Source of the DNA: Hypanus sabinus
Taxonomy: Eukaryota
Length of the DNA: 64,000 bases
Assembly (NCBI RefSeq): GCF_030144855.1
Contig: NC_082729.1
Location: 34,038,001 to 34,102,000 of the forward strand
Reading direction: 5' to 3'
Of this stretch, positions 41,880 to 61,029 are shown in pieces (within the stretch, counting starts at the first letter, position 1; each line of letters begins with the position of its first letter). The notes beneath the pieces were generated by a model that saw nothing but the letters and a program-made list of their open reading frames with translations, made no database searches and was not told the DNA's origin. The translations under genes were made by a program, and so were the position numbers.

Positions 41880-43030
41880 CTATATACACAAGTTCCTGGA
41901 CAATGGGGGCAAAAAGGTCCCCAATGTCGCCCTCACTCGATGGACAGCTTCCTGTGTGGATCCCAGATACGTAGGCACTAAATACCACTGTGTGCCCAGG
42001 TTCTATCTGTCTGGATGGAACTGCCCCCCTTCCCGCGCAGCTCCCCTGTCAGCCAGTCGTTGCCGCCATAACTGCCCTTCGCAGAAAAGTTCCTCCAGGT
42101 CAACGCCTTTGACCACAGTTCCATCGGGCGGTGGTCGCCACTTAATGTCCCACAGGCGCTGCAGAAGAAGGACGAGATGGACTCAGCCGTGTGGTTCCCT
42201 GAGCAGACCGTCCAGCTCATCTGGCAAAATGCCTCATCGCCAGACCTCACCAACAGGCACCAAGGTCTCTCCTGGCTGGCGGTGAGAGGGGCCCTCCCAT
42301 TCAGATCCCTCCTGTACGCCCGGGACGTCGTCCCCACGCCCCGATGCCCACGGGAGGACTGCAGTGAGGCGGAGTTGCACATCTCTTTGCACACTGTGGG
42401 TTCACGGAGAAGGTGTGGAGGGGGGATGAAAGGGACAGTGTCGAGATTCGACCCCAGCCGCTGCGTAACCGAGGACTCCCTGATTTCTGGACTACTGGGG
42501 ACACACACGGAGTCCAACATCCGGTGCTGTTGGCAGATCATCGACTCGGTGAAGGACGCTCTTTGGTCGGCCCGAAACTTGATGGTCTACCAGCACACGG
42601 AGATGACCGTGGCTGAGTGCTGCCGGCTGGAACGTTCTCGCCTGCAGGAGTACGTGCTGAGCAGTGCACTCAAAGTTGCTACAGCCACTGCAAAGGCCCG
42701 GTGGGGAAGAACAACAGTTTAAGGTTCGTCTCCTGCGGGAGTGGGACGGGTCGGATGGCGGGGAGTATACTCCTCAACAATGGTGTGGAAAGGTGAACCA
42801 ACATAACGCCATACAAGTGGCTGAAAGTGTAGAAAGGCATAGCTGGTTAAGGAATGAGTCAATCACTAGCTTATTATAAATATTTTTTTATTCTTGACTA
42901 AGCATTGAGAGTCAATGCATGATTTATTGTAAATAACTTTATTTTCTGAATAAGGATTCGAGTCAACGAATGTTTTTTATAATAATTTTATTTTGTAATA
43001 TTTATGAATAAAGTATATTTTTGGAAAAGT
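41880..43030 (+). mobile_element. Tx1/L1-type LINE 3' part
   Basis: IWQNASSPDL, SWLAVRGALP, CPREDC...H zinc-finger region, KDALWSARN, AT-rich 3' UTR with AATAAA. Confidence 0.8.
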
Positions 43031-43793
43031 AAATCTGTCACTCACTCCTTCAGTCTCCCGAATGGTCCGGATTTCATCAGCTCCAGCTCCAACTCCTTAG
43101 TATTAGAAGCTGATGCTGGATGGACTTCTCGTAGATATAATCGCCAGGGAAACTAAAGGTCTCCCTGCCTCCCACATACCGCAACAGAAGCATTCAACTA
43201 TCGAGAAGGAAGAACAATTTGAAAACCTGTGGGGGGAGGTGTTAAAATCTACCCACAGCTTTTCGCTATCTCTCAATCAAGCTTCTCACCGAAGCGTCGA
43301 AAAGCTAAAGACTCCAGATCCCCGCTCTGCATCCACTCCCACGATAACAGCTCCGCTAGCCCCTGCCGGATTTTGCCGAACAATCCTGAACGCTGATTGG
43401 CTGCTGGACAAAACTATCGCGAGTCGCTGCCCTTTCAACTCCATCGCAAACCCGAGTGAGCCGCCGATCTCCGATTGGTCGCTGCTAAAAAAAAACTTCT
43501 CAATGGCTCCATGATTTTCTGTATTGCATTCCTGCCTCGTGATTAGCTGATCAGATATTGGCTATGATGAGCAAGTGTACCTAATAAAGTGGCCACTGTG
43601 CATCTGACGCGAACTTGGACCATTCTCCCAGCTCCCGTCTTCTCTTGTTATTTACCTTTACCCACTTCACCGCCTTACTCAACAAATTAAAAAATCGGAA
43701 CAGACATTACTTAACCACTTTTATTAACTTAAGTATGATATTATATATAACTATATATTGAACATAAAGCATCAATTTCTAAATTACTAAATC

Positions 43794-46069
<2,276 letters not shown>

Positions 46070-46109
46070 TTTGCACTCCTCGAGAAGTTCCCGCGCTGGC
46101 CACGTGCGG

Positions 46110-46250
46110 AGCCAATCGGTCCCTTTATAGTACCCGGGAATAGAATGTTGGCGATCGGTGGAACTCTGATTGGACAGCGAGGACAAAGGTCCCCGGTCGC
46201 CGTGGAAAGCACAACACACAAGATTCGATGGTGCTTGCTGCTGATTGGTC
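46110..46250 (-). promoter_or_regulatory. Tubulin C promoter
   Basis: TATAAA (~46124-46129), CCAAT (46169-46173 and ~46243), CCTTTGTC (46182-46189). Confidence 0.7.
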
Positions 46251-46824
46251 CTTTGAGGAAACGCAGTTCAATCGGCCCGTCCGACCTCTCTCAGATTCCA
46301 GCCCCTGCGCCATCTCCGTGGCCCTGGAAAAATAGTCCCAAATTAAATCAAGCGTAATCAAACTGTTGTCAATTAAATGCAACACCCGATAAGACACACC
46401 AGGCAAAGTTATTGCACATCATCTTTATTAATCCACATCCATTCAAGCAGATCAAACCATGTAGTTTCGAGCTAATTGATTATTTGGTCTCAGAATCCCT
46501 TAATCGCGCAATCTTTTACCAAAGACATTCCCCGTCTCGAGCTCGGATTGGTGATTTGTCTGAATCAATGCATCAGGCTCGTCTTCCCTATTTGTCCTCC
46601 GGAGTCACCGCTGCTGGTCACCTACCTGTTTGCCAAGTCTTGGCGTTCCTTCCAAACGCTGCTTCTTTTCTCCCCTCACCATTTATGCAGCTGGAATTGC
46701 AATTCCAGATTCCAGCCACGATTACTTCTGAATTTTTACCACTTCCTCTGGCAGCTCACGCCATATACTCCCTGCTCCCTGTGCGACGAATCTTCCCCTC
46801 GGTTCCTCTTTAAATCACGAACGC

Positions 46825-47465
46825 AAAAGATTCTGCAGGTACTGGAAATGCCGCGCACCACGCACAAAATGTTGAAGGATGTCAGCAGGTCAGGCAGCAT
46901 CTATGGAGAAGAATAAACACACGACGGTTTGGAAGGGACGGGAAAGAAGCCAGGATAAAAATTGGAGGGAAAGGGAGGAGTAAAATCTGGCAGGTGATTG
47001 GTGGAGGAGGAGATGAAGTGAGAGGCTGGCAGGTGATTGGTGGGAAAGGTAAAGGGCTGAAGAAGAAGGAATCTAAAGTGGAGGAGAGTGGTTCATAGAA
47101 AGGAAGGAAGAGAGGCACTAGAGGGAGGTAACTGGCAGCTGAGGAGAAGAGGTAAGAGGAAAGTCAGGGTGGGGAACGAACGCAAAGGGAAAGGGGAGGG
47201 AGGAGAAATTATTGGAAGTTGGAGAAATCGACGTCACGCCGTCAGGTTGGAGGGTACCCTGACGGAATATGAGGTGTTGCGCCTCCAACCTGAGAGTGAC
47301 AGCAGAGGAGACCGTGGAACATCGTGACGGAATAGGAATGGGGATTCGAATCGGAGTAGTGGATCCTGTTTGTTGGGACGGAGCCAAGGAGCTGGAACAG
47401 GCGGTCCCTCCAGTCTACGTCGGGTCTCACCGATAAAGAGGAGGCCGCGCCAGCAGCACCAGATA
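46825..47465 (-). mobile_element. Penelope-like degraded element
   Basis: LLFIGETRRRL (GIY-YIG-like) and LEAQHLIFRQGTLQPDG. Confidence 0.6.
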
Positions 47466-47974
47466 CTGTGCAAAGGCCTTAGGCACACATATGTAGCTAC
47501 CATACCTAAGACCTTTGGCTCAGCACTGAAGCAATTTTATGTATTGCAGTTTACTTTTGCCGCAAAAAAAAACAAACAAATTTCATGACACAAGAGAAAA
47601 TCTGCAGATACTGGAAATCCAAGCAACACACACAAAATGCTGAAGGAACTCAGCAGGCCAGGCAGCATCTTTGGAAATAAAAAGTACAGTCGATATTTCG
47701 TGCCGAGACCCTTCGCAGGACTGGAGAGAGAGAAAAAAAAGATGAGTAGATTTAAAAGGTGGGGGAGGGGAAACAGAAACACAAGGTGATAGGTGAAACC
47801 GGGAGGGGAAGTAAAGCAAAGAGCTGGGAAGTTGATTGGTGGAGATAAAGGACTGGAGAAGGGAGAGTCCGATAGGAGAGAACAGAGGTCGTTTGGCCGA
47901 GCACCTACGCTTCGCCAGAAGAAGCGGGATCTCCCGGTGACCACCCATTTTAATTGCACTTCTCATCCCATATG

Positions 47975-48412
47975 TTGATCGATTGGAGCGACTGGGCTTG
48001 TATACACTGGAATTTAGAAGGATGAGAGGGGATCTGATTGAAACATATAAGATTATTAAGGGATTGGACACACTGGATGCAGGAAGCATGTTCCCGCTGA
48101 TGGGTGAGTCCAGAACTAGAGGCCACAGTTTAAGAATAAGGGGTAGGACATTTAGAACAGAGATACGGAAAAACTTTTTCACCCAGAGAGTTGTGGATAT
48201 GTGGAATGCTCTGCCCCAGAAGGCAGTGGAGGCCAAGTCTCTGGATGCATTCAAGAGAGAGTTAGATAGAGCTCTTATAGATAGCGGGGTCAAGGGATAT
48301 GGGGAGAGTGCAGGAACGGGGTACTGATTGTGAATGATCAGCCATGATCACAGTGGATGGCGGTGCTGGCTAGAAGGGCCGAATGGCCTACTCCTGCACC
48401 TATTGTCTATTG
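47975..48412 (+). mobile_element. CR1 3' end nested in a Penelope-derived element (~47600-48880)
   Basis: RLGLYTLEFRRMRGDLIETYKIIKG...FFTQRVVDMWNALP; host sequence resumes with RLKEQRLIFHLG. Confidence 0.85.
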
Positions 48413-51400
48413 TCATTCATAGTCTCCTCCACTGTCGCGATGAGGCCACACTCAGGTTGAAGGAACAACGACTTATATTCCATTTGGGTGTCCAACTTGA
48501 TGGCATGAACATCGATTTTTGAACTTCCTTTAATGTCGCCCCTTCAACTTTCCCCATCCACTTTTCCCTCTCTCACCTTATCTCGCCTGCCCACCACCTC
48601 CCTCTGGTGCCCCCTCTTTTCTTTCTTCCATGGCTTCCTCTCTCCTATTGGACTGCCCCTTCTCCCCCTTCTATTTCACTAGGCAACTTCCCAGCTCTTT
48701 ACTTCACCCCGTTCCCCGCTCGGTTTCACCTCTCACTTTGTGTTTCTCCACCACCCCCCCACACACCTTTTAAATTTACTCCTCATTTTTTTCTTCAGTC
48801 CTGCCGCCCGAAACCCCGACTGTACTTTTTTCCGTCGATGCTGCCTGGCCTGCTGAGTTCCTCCAGCATTTTGTGTATGTTACTTAAATTTCATGTCATA
48901 TGTGAGTGATGATGAACCTAATTCCGACAGGGTGCTCTATTGTGGACGAAGAGCGGGAAGGGGTCAGGGGGAGAGAAATCGGGGTTGGGAAAAGGGGAAC
49001 AGAGAGGAGACGGAGCAGGAAGCACAAGAGAGACCATTTGTTATGATCAATAAACCAATTGTTTGGAATTAAATGACCCTGCCTGGCGTTTCAGGGCTGG
49101 GTGTGTCTCCACCCCCACCAGTCACCCTCCGTCTGCCTCCTGCCCCACTCCCCTCCTGCGGCGCTGCAGCCAAGCCATTCCCAACATCGTTTGCTCTCAC
49201 CAGACTGACGAACTCGCTCTCCACTCTACGTTGACAAACACAATACTGAGCAAACGTCTTAACTACCCGAGCTATGATTTTGCACATGACCCCGACAGAC
49301 TCGCAGTTGAATGGCTGCCTCACCTGAAAGGACTGTTTAGGGAAACAAAGTACACTGCAGATGCTGTGGTCATATCAACACATACAAACAAGCTGGATGA
49401 ACTCAGCAGGTCGGACAGCATCCGTTGAAACGAGTAGTCAACGTTTCGGGCCGAGACCCTTCGTCAGGACTGAAGAGGGAGGGGCAGGGGCTCGATAAAG
49501 AAGGTGGGGTGAGGGTGGAAAACCAATCAGGGGAAACACCAAGGGGTGGGGGAGGGGAAGCAGGGAGGGGATAGGCAGGAGAGGTGAAGAAGGAATGTAA
49601 AGGGAAAGCACTATGGGTAGTAGAAGGAGCAATCATAAGAGAGGTGATAGACAGCTGGAAGAGGAGGCAGAGTGAAAGTGTGATAGGGGAAGGGAGAGGG
49701 AGGGAACTGAATGGAGGTGGGGGAGGTGGTGACTGGAAGCACTTCAGGCATATTGTTCCTCGTTGCCATTTCTACAGCTGAGATTCTAATTCTTGTCCTT
49801 ACTTTCATATGGAGATAAAAGATACTGCAGACGATGAAATCCGGTGCCGTCATTCCAAATTCTAATTCAGACAGATGATATCTCTTTAACCTCAAGTCCC
49901 TGCTGATGTCGACAGCGGTTACTTCAAACCTGTGTCTCTCCAATCGTCAGGATGATTGCTTGAGTTTTCCGTGACCCGTCAAATCGTCTTGTCCGAGGGG
50001 TATCAGTCCCCTTTCCTTGTTCTGTCTCTGGAGGCTCACCGATGGATGGATTTCCAGGGAGAGCTTCACGGGGCTGCAAGGCTGCCGGCGATGTTCACCT
50101 CCAGCAAAGAGCAGGCCATAGAGACGTAGAACGCTATAGCAGGGTGACAGGTCCTTCGGCCCATCTAGTCCGTGCAGAACTATCATTGAATGTGAACATC
50201 GAACGCGATTCCACCACTTCCACTAGCAGCTCATTCCACACTCTCACCTTCCTCTGAGTGAACAGGTTCCCCTCATGTTTCTCTTAAATAACTCACCTTT
50301 CACCCTAAACCTATGAGCTCTAGTTCTAACCTACCCAACTTACCTACTCAGTGGAAAAAAAATGCCTGTTTGTGTTTACCCGATCTGTACCCCTCTAATT
50401 TTGTATACCACTATCAAATCTCCTCTCATTCTCCTACACTCCAGGGAGTAAAGTCCTAACCTATTCAACTCTATAACTCTGGTCCTCGAGTCCAGGCAAC
50501 ATCCTTTAAATCTCTTTCAATCTTATTGGTATCTTCCCTGTGGGTAGGTGACTGAAACTGCACAAGATATTCCAAATTGAGTCTTTCCACAACTCCAACT
50601 AACGTCCCCACTCTTGTACACACTTGTGAGGTACTGTATGTGGTGTCTCATGATTTTGCTTTTAACCAATAAAAGGTCCCCCAAATCTTGAAAAGCTTCC
50701 TGGGGAAAAATATAATTTGAGCTTCTTTTCCAAACTTTCCTCAAATGTCATTTGTACGGCAGGTCTGGAGCTTCTGGAGAGCCAAGCTCAAGCACGACCT
50801 TCGGCGGGTGTATGTTTGTGTATTCCCTCTGCGGCTCCATAGATACCCTGTCCCACGCTACTCCGGTTTCGCTATTTCGTCCACATCCCGTCGCCCTGCG
50901 GAGCCAGTGCATCGTGCTTTGGATGAGACCATTTCCCTGTGCCCCGGTAGGTAACCCCCTCCCACCCCACCCACCCAGCTACTCCTGTGACGTACCATCC
51001 TACCACACCCGAATGACCTGCGGGGCCGGTGTGTTGTGTTTTGGTGGAGACGGCTCTCTCTGTGATCCTGTGGGTACCTCACTGCCTACCACCGCCCCCA
51101 CCCCCCGCTACTGTGGCTTCCTCCCACATCCTAACGTCCTGCAGGGACGGTGCATTGTATTTTAGCGGAGACGCAGTCAGAGGGACTAGGAGTCCTTGTA
51201 CGAGAATCCCTGGAAGGGGCAAGCAGCAGCAAGCCATTCGGTATCCTGCCTTTTCGGACATCGCACGACACAGAACCTGGACTGCAAAGCCCAACGGGCT
51301 TATGCGGCTAAAGTCTGGCAAATGGGACCAGCTATATAGTATATCTCGTTTGGCATGGACCAGCGGAGCTGAAGGGCTTGTTGCTGTAATATAGCGTCAT

Positions 51401-53184
51401 ACGTCACGGATACAATTCTCTGGACCCAAGTGTATGTGCCAACCCAAAGTAATCTATTCCGTCCGCACAGGGTTCATATCCCTCCATACACACAAGAAAT
51501 TCTACAGTTGCTGGCAATCCAGAGGAACACACATAAAATCTGTTGCATTCTTTGCCACAGGCAGCCGAGGAGGCCAACTCTTAATGTACATTTAAGGCAG
51601 GGGTTGATATATTATTGATTAGTCAGGGCATGAAAGGATACGGGGAGAAGGCAGGAGACTGAACTGAGTGGGAAAGAGAATGAGCGGAGCAGACTAGGTG
51701 GCCTAATTCTGCTCCAATATATTATAGTCTTAAACTGCTGAAGGAACTCAGCAGGTCAGGCAAAATATGGATAGGACCAAACAGTTGATGTATCGCACTC
51801 ATGATTCCGATTGACAGTCTGAACTTGAGACCTGGACTGTACATTGCTGTGCATAAATGCTGCCGATCTGCCGAGCTCCTCTTTGTGTTTTCTTTGTGTT
51901 CCCACAACAGCATAGCGGTTAGAGTGACGCTGCTCCACCACGTCCTTCCCATGAGCATGTGCTCCCGGGTGCTCTGGTATCTCCCACTGCCCAATCACCT
52001 TACACCTCCTTTGGTAGAGACGTACAGTACCTCCAGCTCACCACCCACCACCTATTTAACACTAGCCCAATTATAGGGCAATAAGCGATTAACCTAGTAA
52101 CCGATACAGTACGTCTCTACCAAAGGAGGTGTAAGGTGCTCCTTCCATCCGCTAGCCTGAAGGTCACTCTTGGTCAAGCCGTAGAACTTGCTGAGCAGCC
52201 CCCCCCCCCCCACCCAAACTTGATCAGAGTCACGTGAGGCCACGGGAGCAGATGGTGGACGGTCGTACGAGTAGCCAGTGCGGAGCACAAGTCCTGGTGA
52301 TGCGACCACTGACGCCAGGCAGACCATCTCTGGAGAGTATTGATCATGGCTGGGATCGCCGTCTTGTCAGGACACTCCCCAGAAGAAGGCAATGGCAAAC
52401 CACTTCTGTAGAAAAAAAATTGCCAAGAACAATCATGGAAAGACCATGATCGCCCATGTCACACGACACGGCACGTAACAAACGAGCGAAACAGGTGCGT
52501 TGCTGGGCTCAAGTGCCGGGAGTGTGTGTTCGGTACTGTATGGATACATAGACAGAGAGACAGACAGGTGGACAGATAGACAGATTTACAGACAAATAAA
52601 TAGATAGACAGACATACAGATAGTCAAGTAACGTCAAGTCAAGTTTAGTGTTATTTAGATGTACATACGTATACCGTCAAATGAGGCTCCTTTTCTCCGA
52701 ACCAGGGTATAAAGCACAGTAGTACACATAACACACAAATAACACAGAATAACAGGAAAAAATTAAATCTACATATGAATTAGGCATAGATAAACAACGT
52801 AAAGTGTATAAATTAAATATTGTAGGGAACAGTACAAATTTTCAGGTGACTCTTCAAATACGATGAGGCAGGGAGCTCAAAGCCTAATGGCCCAATTGAA
52901 GAGATTTGTTTCCCACCCTGGCCGTTCTTGTTTTGATGCATCGGAGTCTCCTGCCTGATCATCAACATCGCAGCCGCTTTCGTGATGTCTGGTTGATGTT
53001 GAGCAGGTCAGCGTCAGCTCAGTCAGGTGAGGATGGGCAGTCGCGCAGAACGCGTTCAGTGTTCTGCTCCCTTTCGCCACACTTCACCATGTTGTCTCCC
53101 GTCCTACAAACTCCCGCTCTCGCTCTGTTGAGACTGCACCGCTTCCGTCTGTCAAGCAGTGCCCGGTCTGGCAACATTTCTGTG

Positions 53185-54200
53185 GGGTCTTGCACTGGTT
53201 GGTTGCCGGTTACTAGCGGTGTTCCGCAGGGGTCGGCGTTGGGGCCTCTTCTTTTTACACTGTATTGCGACGATTTAGTTTTGTGGCTAAGTTTGTGGAT
53301 GACACCAAGATAGGTGGAGGAGCAGGAAGTGTTGAGGATACGGAAAGGTTGCAGAGAAACTTGGTCAGTTTAGGAGAGTGGGCAAAGAAATAGCAGATGA
53401 GATACAATGTTGAGAAATGCACGGTTGTATATTTTGGAAGAAGAAACAATAGGGCAGATTATTATTTAGATGGGGAGCAAATTCAAAAATCGGAAGTGCA
53501 AAGGGATTTTGGGGTTCCTCGTGCAAGTTGGATCGGCAATAAGGAAAGCGAATGCTGTGTTGGCATTCATTTCAAGAGGAATAGTGTGTGAGAGTAAGGA
53601 GGTGTTGATGAGGCTCTATGGGGCACTGGTGAGACCCCATTTGGAATACTGTGTGCAGTTTTGGGCCCCCTATGTTAGAAAGGGTGTGCTGATATTGGAG
53701 AGAGTTCAGAGAAGATTCACTAGCATGATTCCTGGAATGCAGCGACTAACATATGAGGAGCATTGGTCGGCTCCTGGATTGTATTCATTAGAGTATAGAA
53801 GAATGAGAGGGGATCTCATAGAAACATTTCGAATGTTGAAAGAGTGGGACAGAGTAGATGTGGAAAGGCTGTTTCCCTTGGTGGGTGAGTCCAGGACAAG
53901 AGGCCACAGTCTTAGAATTAGAGGGTACCCATTTAAAACAGAGATGAGGAGAATTTTTTTTAGCCAGAGGGTCGTGGATTCATGGAATTTGCTGCCACAT
54001 GCAGCTGTGGAGGCCCAATCATTGAGGGTGTTTAAGGAGGTGATTGATAGGTATCTAATTAGTCAAGGTATCAAGGGATATGGGGAAAAAGCCGGAAATT
54101 GGAATTAGATGGGAGAATAGTTTAGCGCATGGTGGAGTGGCGGAGCAGAGTCGATGGGCCGAATGGCTTACTTCTGCTCCTTTGTCTTGTGATCTTGTGA
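53185..54200 (+). mobile_element. CR1 LINE RT to 3' end
   Basis: [29 protein letters not shown]. Confidence 0.9.
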
Positions 54201-55654
54201 TCTTGTATTGATTGGTGGGGTTCTTCCTTTTGTTTGTTGCCAGAGGTTAATCTTGTATGTCTGGGGGCATGTTCCGTGCGGTAGTTCCTCCAGCGGAGCA
54301 AAGGTTTTCCTCGATTTTAGGCGGTTGGAAACCGGCACATGATGATGTAATGGGTGCCATGGATCCGAGTTCTGTTTGCTGTTTTTCAATTTTTTGTTGT
54401 AGTGTGTCTTCGGATCTCTGGTGGGGGGGGGGCAGTGCCTGCAAATCTGTAAATAATGTTAGTGGGTGTGGGGAGCAGTGTGCCCGTGATTATTCGGCAG
54501 GCTTCGTTAAGCAACGGGTCTATTTTCTTCGCATGGGCTGATCTTCCCCACACAAGTGCACAGTATTTTTCAGGTGCATAGCAGAGTGCTAAGGCAGTTG
54601 ATCTAAGTGTGTGAGCATTAGCTTCGCATTTCGCGTCCTGGCTGATGGTAGAAAGTCAAAAAGGACGCTGGATGGGTGGGTGAGATCCTTGATTACGCTA
54701 AGGGCCCTGCGTACGCAGCGCTGCTGGTCAATGTCCCTGACAGATGGTAGGGAGACCCCTATGATCCTCTCAGCCGTTCCCACGGTGCTTTAGTAGGGGC
54801 ATCCGGCCCTGTGCTCAGCTATTGCCCTGCTTTATGGAGATGGAGCTTGTCAGGACGTTCTCAATGGTGCGTCTGTAAAATTCAGTTAAGATGTGGGTGT
54901 GAGATTCGTTTTCCTCAGTCTACGTGCAGTGTTTTTTTGTTTAGGAGGTGACATTGGCGGACCAGGTGAGATAGACATACAGATAAATAGATAGATAGGT
55001 ATCCTCCGACACCTGCCTGTTCTTCCGCCTGTCTGAACGCTCCCTTGACCGTGAGTTCCAGCACCCGCCGCTGTCTTGTGAAAAATACTGCCCTGTTAAT
55101 GTGTTTGAAATTCTCATCGTCAATCCTTTTCACACTGGGAACAAAGTATCTTCTTGGCCATGTCTATGGGTTTCATAATTTTATAAACCTCGATCAGGTC
55201 TCCCCTTGGGCTCTGCCGCTCCCGAAGAAACTACCCACGTTCGTCCCACCTCGTACCCTCAAACCCAGAACACATCTTGGTAAACTGATTTCCCAACCTC
55301 TCCAAAACCACTACACTAATTCTACAAGTTGACGACCACTTATTTCGCTCTCCGGCCCACGATGTTGTGCCGACACGTTAATCTACTCTAAGATTAATCT
55401 AATTGCGCCTTGAGCGTTCCCGAGGCCGGCTGCGCAAAGAGGGAGAATTCGATATCGAGCTAGCAACTCCATCCCGTAAATGTCCGGAGCCAACAGATAT
55501 GCCAACGGAAGTTCCGAAGAACTTCTCTCTGGAAGAGGAAGGACTTGACATCAAGAAGATAGGTTACACCTGGGCACAACTGAAAAGGCTAAGCCAGGAC
55601 AGGGGACTCTGGTGAGCTGCCGTGGGCAATCCATGCCCCAGTAAGGGTGATCTA

Positions 55655-56300
55655 ATATCAATTTAACCTTTCCCTCCCGCATAGCCCTCTAATTTCCATC
55701 ATCCAAGGACCTATCTGAGAGTTTCTTTAATGACCCTGATGTACCCGTGTTTATCACCAGGCTGGCAGGGCGTTCCACGCACTCACCACTCTCTGGTAAA
55801 AAAAAGAGTAATAACTTTGACATTTCCCCTACACTTGCCCCCAAACACCCTAGAATTATGCCCCCCCCTCTTATTAGCCATTTCCTGGAAAAACTGTCTT
55901 GCGTGTCCTCTGGATCTCTGCCTCTTATCATCTTGTACATCTCCATCAAGTCACTTCTCATCTTTCTTCGCTCCAAAGTGAAAAGCCCGAGATTGCTCTT
56001 CGCAAGGCATGTCCCGTAGTCCAAGCAGCATCCTGGTAAATCTCTTCTACACCCCCTATAAATCTTCTGCACCCTCCTATAATGCAGTGAACACCATATC
56101 CCAAATAGAGATTCACAGACTGACTGCAATATTACCTCCCGGTCTTCAACTCAGCCAGGCGACTGACGAAAGCTAACACGGCGTACGCCTTCTTAAGCAC
56201 CCTTTGACTTGAATGGCAACTGAAAGGGATCCAGGAACGTGGATCCTAAGACCCTCTGTTCCTCCACGCTGCTAGGAAGCCCGTCTTTCATCCTATATTC
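55655..56300 (-). mobile_element. CR1 3' fragment, degraded
   Basis: LGLFTLERRKMRSDLMEMYKMIRG. Confidence 0.7.
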
Positions 56301-57139
56301 ACTTTACTCAGCTGACGGAGCAGTGTTGTCAGGATAATCAAGGACACGACCCACCCAGCCAACACACTTTTTGTCCCTCTTCCCTCGGGGAGAAGGTTCA
56401 GGAGCTTGAAGATTCGTTCGGCCAGATTTGGGAACAGCTTCTTTCCAACTGTGATAAGACTGCTGAATGGATCCTGACCCGGATCTGGGCCGTACCGTCC
56501 AAATATCCGGACCTGACTCTCGTTTTTTTTTTTTGCATTACCTTACTTTCCCTTTACCATTTCCTATTTATGATTTATAATTTAAATTTTTATTATATTT
56601 ACTATCGATTTGAACTCCAGGGAGCGCGAAGCGCGGTATCAAATATTGCTGTGAAGAGTGCACGCTCTAGTATCAATTGTTTGGAGACAATAAAGCAATA
56701 ATATTCCGCCTTCAACTTCGATCCACAAAGCAAATCCGTTCGTATTTTTCACACTTCACACTATCTATTTGGAGCCTCTAGGATAGGTACACGGAGCTTA
56801 GAAAAATAGAGGGAAATTCTAGGCAGTTTCTAGCGTAGGTTACACGGTCGGCACAACATTGTGGGCCGAAGGGTCTGTAATGTGCTGTAAATTTCTATGT
56901 TCTAGCTTGGGCAGAGGAATAATGTCTTTACATTGAGATTGTACGGTGGCCCCTAATGGCAGCAGCTGGAATAAGGGATGCAGATGTGATCTCCTTGGTT
57001 TTGAATGGATTTTTAGGGTCTTGGATCGTTTGTGCCTGCGCTGAAAGGGCGACTGAGTTACAAACGGTTCCTTGATCACGCTGCGCCTTTCGAATAACAA
57101 GTTCTCCGCGAATCCCTTTGTTCGCCAAGAACCATGCGG

Positions 57140-57255
57140 CGTTCTCGCAGCCTTTGTCTCCCCGTTCCAATCTGAACTGCTGGCCCCGTTTGCGCCAATC
57201 AGAGCGCGGCGCGGCTGGAAAGAACGTTCCACCGGGTGGGGTATAAGTAGGTGCG
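57140..57255 (+). promoter_or_regulatory. Tubulin D promoter
   Basis: CCTTTGTC 57151-57158, CCAAT 57167 and 57195, TATAAG 57242; homologous to the A promoter (21430-21645). Confidence 0.7.
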
Positions 57256-57325
57256 TTCGACGGGCGCAGCGACAAATTCGCTGAAGTTGGGAGAGCAGAG
57301 AGAGAGAGATAGAAAGATAAAGATC

Positions 57326-59827
<2,502 letters not shown>

Positions 59828-59949
59828 TTCTATTTTATGCTTGTAAAGAATAGTTTATTTTTCTTTATACTGTTATCTAATCTATCTAATAAAATCTATT
59901 TTAAGCTTAGTTTTGCATTGCGTTTATTTAAATAAAAACAACCGCTTTG

Positions 59950-60490
59950 CGGGCCTTCACTTGGAGTACCATGAGCAGTTTTGGGTCCCTTGTCTAAGAA
60001 ATGATGTGCTGTCATTGTGGAGGGTTCAAAGGCGTTTCACAAAAATGATTCCGGAAAGGAAAGGCTTGTCACGTGAGGAGCGTTCGATGGCTCTGGGCTT
60101 GTACTCAGTGGAATTCAGAAACGCGAGGAGGGATCTCATTGAAACTTCTCGCGGGTTGGAAAGTCTCGACAGATGTGCAGAGGATCTTCCTGTGGTGGGG
60201 GAGTCTAAGACCAGAAGACGCAGCCTCAGATTAGAAGGATGACCATTCAGAACGGAGATGAGGAGGAATTCTAGCTGGAGTGGTGACTGTGGAATTCGTT
60301 GGCACAGGCGGCTGTGGAAGCCAAGTGACTGGGGATATTTCAGGCAGTGGTTGATTTATTCTCGATTAGTCAGGGCGTTGAAGGTATACGAAGAGAAGGC
60401 TGACAGGGAAATCGATCAGCTATGATGAAATGGCGGAGGAGACTCGATAGGCCAAATGGCCTCATTCTACACCTATATTTTATGGTCTTA
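59950..60490 (+). mobile_element. CR1 3' end
   Basis: HLEYHEQFWVPCLRNDV...RVQRRFTKMIP. Confidence 0.8.
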
Positions 60491-61029
60491 TAAACTGCTG
60501 GGGTGGGAAGGGCGGCAATTATTCAAATTCACGTTTATCGTCATGGGCGCAAGTACGCGCATGGGCCCGCTTACAGCAGCATCACAGGCAGCTGTCATCA
60601 TGTAAGCAGCATTTGCAAGAACATTTCTGAAGTTAATTCATGTTAAATGTCTTTGATTGCAGCAGCAAGAATAGGGCATGGCCTGGATGGGGGGCGGGGA
60701 GGTTCCCTGAAGATGGGCGCTGATCTCCGGCTAGAACACTTCGTGCAGATGTGCTCATTGATGGGGAGAGCTTTACAATAATGGACTTGGCCGTATCCAC
60801 TACTTTTGGTGGGATTTTCTGTTCAAAAACCTTAGTGTTTCCATATCAGGATGTGAAGCAGCCAATCAATATATTCTCCACCATTCATCTATAGAGATTT
60901 TAGCTGTCATGCCGAATTTCCGCAGACTCCTAAGGCAGTAGAGACACGGCCACGCTTTCTTGCAATTGCACTTACCTGCCGGGCCCAGGACAGGTCCTCC
61001 AAAATGAAAACACATTTGATTGGTTAGTG

